Source: Promethearchaeota archaeon (GTDB lineage Archaea > Asgardarchaeota > Lokiarchaeia > Sigyniarchaeales > SOKP01). From it: a stretch of 12,588 nt of DNA. The stretch is from positions 2,684-15,271 of the forward strand of contig JBHLLT010000046.1 of assembly GCA_048938855.1 (NCBI GenBank), written 5' to 3'. This document shows, in pieces, positions 7,457 to 12,588 of the stretch. The notes beneath the pieces were generated by a model that saw only the letters and a program-made list of their open reading frames with translations, had not been told where the DNA came from and made no database searches. Made by a program: the position numbers and the translations under genes. Numbering within the stretch: position 1 is the first letter of the stretch; the number at the start of each line of letters is the position of its first letter.

Positions 7457-8085
7457 TAATTATTCCCCTCTTGTTTTATAATTAAATATTGAATATTATG
7501 AACATTAATCATTTCATATATTATTACTTCTATATGAAGTTCTTTTAATTGCTCAGTTATTTCTGAAAGAGACTTTTCATGGAAAAAATAAATAAGAGTT
7601 AATTCTTCATTTTCATTCGATCTTATTATATCTAATATTTTTTTAACAATCCACTGGGGTCTAATTTTTCTCTCTAAAATATCATTATCCTGATTAGCTT
7701 CCTTTTTCAAAACATCAATCCAAGATTTTAAATTCAGGCCTTTTAAAGAATTTTTATCATTCATATTTCTATATTCCATTAATAACTCGCTAATTTGCTC
7801 CTCTTTCTTAAGTATTTCTTCATAAAGATAACCATAAGCATACTCTGGCATATCTAATAGATAATAATCTAAGCCTAAAGCATTTAAAACAGAAAAAAGA
7901 TTAGAATTTTTAAATGTTTTAAAGTTTTCATTATTCATTTCAACTGTAATATAAGAAATGTTATTATCACTTACTAATTCTTTTAATGTATCAATGTCAT
8001 TAAGTTCAAAACTGATTCTATTTTTATCTATTAGATATACAGTAACTTTCTTTTTTTTTATTGGCTTTAATTCCAATACTTCCAT
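7456..8085 (-). CDS. Hypothetical protein (209 aa), stand-alone paralog of the N-terminal domain of the Mtd fusion
   Basis: The SD GAGGT (8093-8097) is 7 nt from ATG 8085 but only 1 nt from ATG 8091, which favours a start at MEVLELKP. The stop overlaps the mtd start (TAATG). It aligns colinearly by eye with aa 1-220 of the downstream protein. Confidence 0.8.
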   Translation of the reverse strand: MEVLELKPIKKKKVTVYLIDKNRISFELNDIDTLKELVSDNNISYITVEMNNENFKTFKNSNLFSVLNALGLDYYLLDMPEYAYGYLYEEILKKEEQISELLMEYRNMNDKNSLKGLNLKSWIDVLKKEANQDNDILERKIRPQWIVKKILDIIRSNENEELTLIYFFHEKSLSEITEQLKELHIEVIIYEMINVHNIQYLIIKQEGNN

Positions 8086-8129
8086 TTTCATTACCTCTAT
8101 TTTATTAATATATCTTAATATATCTATAA

Positions 8130-8176
8130 TAACCTCATAAGGTAAACCCTTTCCACCTTTCTGAGTAATGAGGTTA
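8130..8176 (-). promoter_or_regulatory. Bulged stem-loop in the putative 5' leader of the mtd operon
   Basis: UAACCUCAU[UACUCAGA]AAGGUGGA(AAGGG)UUUACCUU-AUGAGGUUA: a perfect 9-bp stem, an 8-nt bulge and an 8-bp stem with two G-U pairs that form only on the minus-strand RNA. Confidence 0.5.
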
Positions 8177-8230
8177 ACTCCAATTAATTAATAGTCTAAT
8201 TAGAATTTAAAGAGTTTGATAAGAATAATT

Positions 8231-8247
8231 TTTGTCATTTTGACAAA
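8231..8247. promoter_or_regulatory. Inverted repeat TTTGTCA-N3-TGACAAA, candidate operator
   Basis: Perfect 7-bp arms; the same arms recur at 8358-8378. Confidence 0.55.
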
Positions 8248-8307
8248 TAAATTTTTCAAAAAATTTTTTTAATGATTTTTGTTTTCATAACAAATAAGGC
8301 TGTTTCG

Positions 8308-8319
8308 TATATATATAAG
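8308..8319 (-). promoter_or_regulatory. Possible TATA box for the mtd operon
   Basis: The minus strand reads CTTATATATATA, between the two TTTGTCA/TGACAAA inverted repeats. Confidence 0.3.
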
Positions 8320-8357
8320 AATTACTTGATTTTAAAAATTTAAATTTAAAAAAAATA

Positions 8358-8378
8358 TTTGTCAAATTCTCTGACAAA
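8358..8378. promoter_or_regulatory. Inverted repeat TTTGTCA-N7-TGACAAA, candidate operator
   Basis: Same 7-bp arms as 8231-8247, with a 7-nt spacer. Confidence 0.55.
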
Positions 8379-8514
8379 AAAATAAAATTAATTTATCTAC
8401 TATTTTTTAGTTTCAAATAATAAGAATAGACAGCTTAATTTAATTATAAATTACATTTTTTTTTGCAAAAATATGAATTTTTGTGGTATAAAAATAATTT
8501 TTAATTTGCAGAAA

Positions 8515-8530
8515 TAGACATATATGTCTA
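8515..8530. promoter_or_regulatory. Perfect 16-bp palindrome TAGACATATATGTCTA
   Basis: Self-complementary, in the middle of the divergent intergenic region. Confidence 0.4.
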
Positions 8531-8875
8531 ATAAAATATGACAATCCTGTAATTTTTTTTAAAATTTTTATAAGTTTCCTTAATTATGTTAATTTATATT
8601 TATGAATCAAAATTATATTTACATAATTCTGCATTTATTTTTTCTATAATTGAATATTTTCTTACAAATAAAGTCAAAATATTTGGATTTAGAAGACCCT
8701 AATGCTATTTCTGATCAATAATATGCAAGAAAAATATAATTTGAAGCAAGGATTTTTAAATATGAATTACCTTTTACATCTTAGAGATCGATCTTTTTAA
8801 AAATTTTTATTTAGTAAATTTGGATGATATTTTTAAAATGTATTTAATGTTGTTTAGAAGTGTTGGTGATGAAAT

Positions 8876-9028
8876 ATTTTAGTAGAACAAAATAAACATA
8901 AAGAAATTTGTAGTAGATGCAGAATGGTTCTAGAAAATAAAGATTATATATACAGACTTAGAGATCCCAATGTTGTAACTTATGTATGTTCTAAATGCGG
9001 GTATTTTGAGATATATATCAAGGAGTAA
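8876..9028 (+). CDS. Unannotated ~50-aa zinc-ribbon microprotein (C-x2-C-x22-C-x2-C); start uncertain
   Basis: ILVEQNKHKEICSRCRMVLENKDYIYRLRDPNVVTYVCSKCGYFEIYIKE*. The C-terminal CxxCGYxExY is typical of small Zn ribbons. GGTGAT SD-like site at 8865-8870. It ends 6 nt before the HdrD-like ATG. Confidence 0.65.
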   Translation: MLVEQNKHKEICSRCRMVLENKDYIYRLRDPNVVTYVCSKCGYFEIYIKE

Positions 9029-9034
9029 TCCTCA

Positions 9035-10285
9035 ATGTCTTCTTTTACAAATAACAAACTGAGAACTGATATTTCAAGTTTACAAATTTTAGATCAGGAT
9101 ATTAAAAATATAATTTCAACATTAAATTATTGTTATGCATGTAATCGATGTGTAAATGTGTGCCCACTCGCACATTTAAATCTATTTTTTCCACGAAAGT
9201 TGGTTGGTGATATAGTATTTTCTTCAGTAAAGGAAGCGTTAAATAATAATAATATATGGAATTGCCTTACTTGCGGCCAATGTATGATTTATTGTCCGAT
9301 GAGTCAAAAAAATGAAGGGATAGATTTACCTAATTTAATGTTAGAATTGAGAAAAAGTTCAAGAGAAGAAAAAATTCAAGTCAATAGAATTACACAATGT
9401 GGAACTCATAATGAAATTTTTCCATTAATCTCAAAAATGATGAGAAACAATTCGATAAATCCAAATAAGTTAGAATTTTTGGAGAAAAATAATTTAAAAA
9501 CAAAGAGTTCCGGTGAGATTGCATATTTTATTGGTTGCTTACCATTAATGGAAGAAATATTCTATAATTTAGATTTGAAATATACCTCTATACCCATCTC
9601 CGTTATAAGTCTACTTAATGAGGTTGACATTGTACCAGTTGTTTTAAATGAAAAATGTTGTGGTCATGATATCTTATGGGGTAAGGGAGATTTTAATACT
9701 TTTAAAAAATTTGCGGAATACAATACGCAACTTTATAGAAATGCAGGAGTAAAAACTATTATTGTTGGATGTGCTGAAGGATATAGAACTTGGAAGTTTG
9801 ATTATCCAAAAATAATAGAAAATTTTGATTTTAGAGTTTTACATTTTTCTGAATTTTTTCTTGAAAAAAAGATTCTTGAAAATGTCAGATTTCCGTCTTA
9901 TTCTGAAATTAAAGTTACTTATCATGATTCTTGTCGAATGGGGCGAATAGGTGATAAGTTATATAATGCACCAAGAGAATTGATTAAACAAATTCCAGGA
10001 GTAAGACTTATTGAAATGGAAAACATAAAAGATGATGCTAACTGTTGTGGAGTTTCAGCATTTTCAAATTGTAATGATTTTACACGAATATTAAGAGAAA
10101 ATCGTATTAATGAAGCAATTAATACTAAGGCGGATTATTTACTTGTTCCTTGTCCTAAATGTCTAACACATTTTAATTGTTATATAAATGAACTTTCTAT
10201 AGATAAGGAAGAGAATGAATTAAAGAATAAAATAAAAGTAATAGATTTAGCGTCTTTTATAGGGGGTTTGTTAAAACTATTTTAA
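9035..10285 (+). CDS. hdrD: HdrD/GlpC-like Fe-S oxidoreductase (HdrC-like 2x[4Fe-4S] domain plus two CCG domains)
   Basis: CYACNRCVNVCP and IWNCLTCGQCMIYCP; YFIGC...EKCCG...GCAEGY; TYHDSC...NCCG...PCPKC. AGGAG SD at 9021-9025. Confidence 0.87.
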   Translation: MSSFTNNKLRTDISSLQILDQDIKNIISTLNYCYACNRCVNVCPLAHLNLFFPRKLVGDIVFSSVKEALNNNNIWNCLTCGQCMIYCPMSQKNEGIDLPNLMLELRKSSREEKIQVNRITQCGTHNEIFPLISKMMRNNSINPNKLEFLEKNNLKTKSSGEIAYFIGCLPLMEEIFYNLDLKYTSIPISVISLLNEVDIVPVVLNEKCCGHDILWGKGDFNTFKKFAEYNTQLYRNAGVKTIIVGCAEGYRTWKFDYPKIIENFDFRVLHFSEFFLEKKILENVRFPSYSEIKVTYHDSCRMGRIGDKLYNAPRELIKQIPGVRLIEMENIKDDANCCGVSAFSNCNDFTRILRENRINEAINTKADYLLVPCPKCLTHFNCYINELSIDKEENELKNKIKVIDLASFIGGLLKLF

Positions 10286-10301
10286 ATTAATTTAGGAGTT
10301 A

Positions 10302-12588
10302 ATGTGTTTGTTAAATTTGAAGAGTAGTGTTTTAGTCATTGGAGGAGGAATCTCCGGGATACAAGCATCCTTAGATCTAACTAAATTGGGTTTTAAAGTA
10401 TATTTAGTTGAAATTAAACCAACAATAGGTGGAACAATGGCTCAATTAGATAAAATATACCCTACTCTTGATTGTAGTCTATGTATTTTGGCACCTAAAA
10501 TGGTTGATGTATATCGAAATCCAAATATCGAATTATTTTCTTATTCATATGTTAAAAGTATACAAGGAACTGCTGGTGATTACGCAATAACAGTTATTAA
10601 AAAGCCAAGATATATCATTGAAGACCTTTGTAAAGGATGTGGTGATTGTAGCGAAATTTGTCCCGTAAGGGGAATTCCCAATGAATTTGACACTAACCTA
10701 AAAAACAGAGGGGCTATTTATATTCCTTTTCCATCTTCAGTACCACCTATATATCTCATAGATGAATCAAATTGTTTATATTTAAATTTTAAGATATGTG
10801 GACTTTGTGCTAAAGCTTGTAATGCAAAAGCAATAGATTTTTCACAAAAAACCGAAGAAATAAGATTAAAAGTAGGGGCTATTATTATTGCCACAGGATA
10901 TAACCAAGAAATGCCAGAGGTATATGATACTTTTGCTGGTTCTTCCCCTAATGTTTTATCCAATATGCAATTTGAACGTCTTTTATCTGCAAATGGACCA
11001 ACTGGGGGGAAAATAATAAGATTAGATGATAAAAAACATCCTCATTCAATTGCTTTTATTCAGTGTGTAGGCTCCCGAGATTTTCATCATCCTGAATGTA
11101 AAAAATATTGCTCTGCCATATGTTGTATGAATTCGGCTAAAGAGGCAATTGTTGTAAAAGAACATAACCCTAATATTGATTGTTATGTTTTTAATACAGA
11201 AATTAGAGCAAAAGGTAAGAATTTCTATGAATTTATTGAAAAAAGTAAAATCGATTATAATGTAAATTACATAAATGGTCGCGTTTCATATATTAAAGAA
11301 AATTTAGATAATGGGAAATTAAAATTATATTACGAAGATATTGACAAAGAGAAAATTGGAACTTTTGAAGTGGATATGGCTGTATTAGCTAGCGCATTAT
11401 CTCCGCCTCAATCTTATTATGATCTTTTAAAAAAACTTAATTTAGAGTGGAACAATTTAGGTTATCTTCCTGAGACAGATATTATTTCACTTGAAAAAAG
11501 GAATATATTCTTAACTGGTTATTCTAAGAAACCCAATGATATTCAAATGGCAGTTGCTGAAGGTTCTGCATGTGCTGCAAAAATTAGCGAAAAATTAAAT
11601 ATTGTAAGATTTCAAAACATTAAAAAAATGAAATATCCACCAGAGATACCAGTAAATCAAGAGGATGATCCTCGTGTAGGAATTTTAGTCTGTAAGTGTG
11701 GTATTAATATTGGTGGTATTGTTAATGTTTCCGAAGTAGTTAATTATGTCTCCAAATTGCCTTATGTTGTCCACGTTGAAGAAAATATGTATTCGTGTAG
11801 TTCTGATTCACAAGAGCGGATTAAAGAACTAATTAGAAAATACAATCTCAATAGATTCATAGTTGCCTCTTGTACTCCTCGAACTCATGAACAACTTTTT
11901 AAAAACACTTTAAGAGAAGCAGGGTTGAATCCATTTTTGTTTGAGCTGATAAATATTAGAAACCAAGATTCTTGGGTTCATCAAAACGAACCAAACAAGG
12001 CTACTCAAAAAGCTTGTGATTTAATAAGAATGTATTTGGCAAAGGTCATTAATTTAAGGCCATTAGAGACTATCAAAGTTAATGTTGAACAATCAACATT
12101 AATAATAGGGGGAGGAATAGCGGGAATAACTGCTGCTCATAATTTAGCAAACCAAGGATTTGAAGTTTACCTTTTAGATAAAAAATCTTTTCTTGGTGGT
12201 ATTGCCCTTGAATTTATTGATTTATATTATATTCCTATTACAAAAGATGAAATTTTCCAGGAAATTAATGATTTAAAAAACAAATCTAATGTACATATTT
12301 TATTGAATTCAAAGGTAATTGATGTTCAAGGTTATGTTGGAAATTATAAGGTTACTATTAAAAGGATTCAAGAAAATTTGGAAGAACAAACTTTCAATGT
12401 AGGTACAATAATAGTAGCTACGGGAACTAAACAAATAAAGACAACTAGATGGAGAGATTTATCAGAGAAACATCCAAAACATATCCTCATTCAAACAGAA
12501 TTAACTGAGATGAAAGATGAAGATGTTCCGAAATTTAATGATGCTACAATAATACTATGTGTTGATCAAAGAAAAAACGAATTTAATA
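10302..12588 (+). CDS. hdrA: Large heterodisulfide reductase subunit A-like flavoprotein with two FAD modules (3'-partial, at least 762 codons; absent from the ORF track)
   Basis: Manual translation is open to the window end: SVLVIGGGISGIQASLDL, GGTMAQLDKIYPTLDCSLCILAPKM, CKGCGDCSEICP, CGLCAKACNAKAI, FIQCVGSRD...YCSAICCM, then RVGILVCKCGINIGG...VASCTPRTHE...NIRNQDSWVH and a second LIIGGGIAG. AGGAG SD at 10294-10298; the start is ATG 10302 or TTG 10308. Confidence 0.93.
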   Translation, partial: MCLLNLKSSVLVIGGGISGIQASLDLTKLGFKVYLVEIKPTIGGTMAQLDKIYPTLDCSLCILAPKMVDVYRNPNIELFSYSYVKSIQGTAGDYAITVIKKPRYIIEDLCKGCGDCSEICPVRGIPNEFDTNLKNRGAIYIPFPSSVPPIYLIDESNCLYLNFKICGLCAKACNAKAIDFSQKTEEIRLKVGAIIIATGYNQEMPEVYDTFAGSSPNVLSNMQFERLLSANGPTGGKIIRLDDKKHPHSIAFIQCVGSRDFHHPECKKYCSAICCMNSAKEAIVVKEHNPNIDCYVFNTEIRAKGKNFYEFIEKSKIDYNVNYINGRVSYIKENLDNGKLKLYYEDIDKEKIGTFEVDMAVLASALSPPQSYYDLLKKLNLEWNNLGYLPETDIISLEKRNIFLTGYSKKPNDIQMAVAEGSACAAKISEKLNIVRFQNIKKMKYPPEIPVNQEDDPRVGILVCKCGINIGGIVNVSEVVNYVSKLPYVVHVEENMYSCSSDSQERIKELIRKYNLNRFIVASCTPRTHEQLFKNTLREAGLNPFLFELINIRNQDSWVHQNEPNKATQKACDLIRMYLAKVINLRPLETIKVNVEQSTLIIGGGIAGITAAHNLANQGFEVYLLDKKSFLGGIALEFIDLYYIPITKDEIFQEINDLKNKSNVHILLNSKVIDVQGYVGNYKVTIKRIQENLEEQTFNVGTIIVATGTKQIKTTRWRDLSEKHPKHILIQTELTEMKDEDVPKFNDATIILCVDQRKNEFN

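Noticed and set aside
5844-8140. Plus-strand ORFs 5844-6038, 6396-6623, 6880-7071 and 7958-8140
   Set aside because: Antisense shadows of the mtd operon.
8130-8176. Hairpin as a SECIS element
   Set aside because: No properly placed AUGA/GA quartet, it lies 5' of the genes, and no neighbouring gene has an in-frame TGA.
8091-8186. In-frame N-terminal extension of the 209-aa ORF through the hairpin
   Set aside because: The frame is open for about 30 codons but has no canonical start, and SD spacing plus the shared MEVLELKP N-terminus favour 8085.
8855-8872. Selenocysteine readthrough of TGA-TGA to extend the Zn-ribbon ORF
   Set aside because: An in-frame TAG at 8855-8857 blocks extension, and no start codon is gained.
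10718-10963. 81-aa minus-strand ORF
   Set aside because: Antisense to hdrA, which the track missed because it has no stop within the window.
1-12588. tRNA, rRNA or mobile elements
   Set aside because: No GC-rich structured RNA gene, transposase, integrase or terminal inverted repeat with target duplication was recognisable.

Overview
Very AT-rich archaeal-type window. TATA/BRE-like promoters, GGAG/GGTG Shine-Dalgarno (SD) sites, an MEMEKKNLAIIILAVVLAASGVGN-anchored ABC binding protein, HdrA/HdrD and a bacterial-type Mtd together suggest an Asgard (Lokiarchaeia-like) origin; this is inference. Gene order: 5'-truncated tandem GbsR/MarR-like regulator, small membrane protein, orphan family-5 ABC substrate-binding protein (-), QueG/RdhA-like Fe-S protein, an unannotated 51-aa tail-anchored protein plus TauE/SafE, a two-gene minus-strand operon, a ~790-bp divergent intergenic region with palindromes and a hairpin, then an unannotated Zn-ribbon microprotein, an HdrD-like protein and a large double-module HdrA that is missing from the ORF track and runs off the window. 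The most unusual element is the minus-strand operon. An MtdB-like methylene-H4MPT dehydrogenase is fused behind a ~220-aa domain resembling the TraB/ChaN/EreA fold, and a stand-alone paralog of that domain is translationally coupled upstream. An MEVLELKP-like peptide is conserved in front of all three modules. All family calls come from motif recognition by eye; no searches were run.
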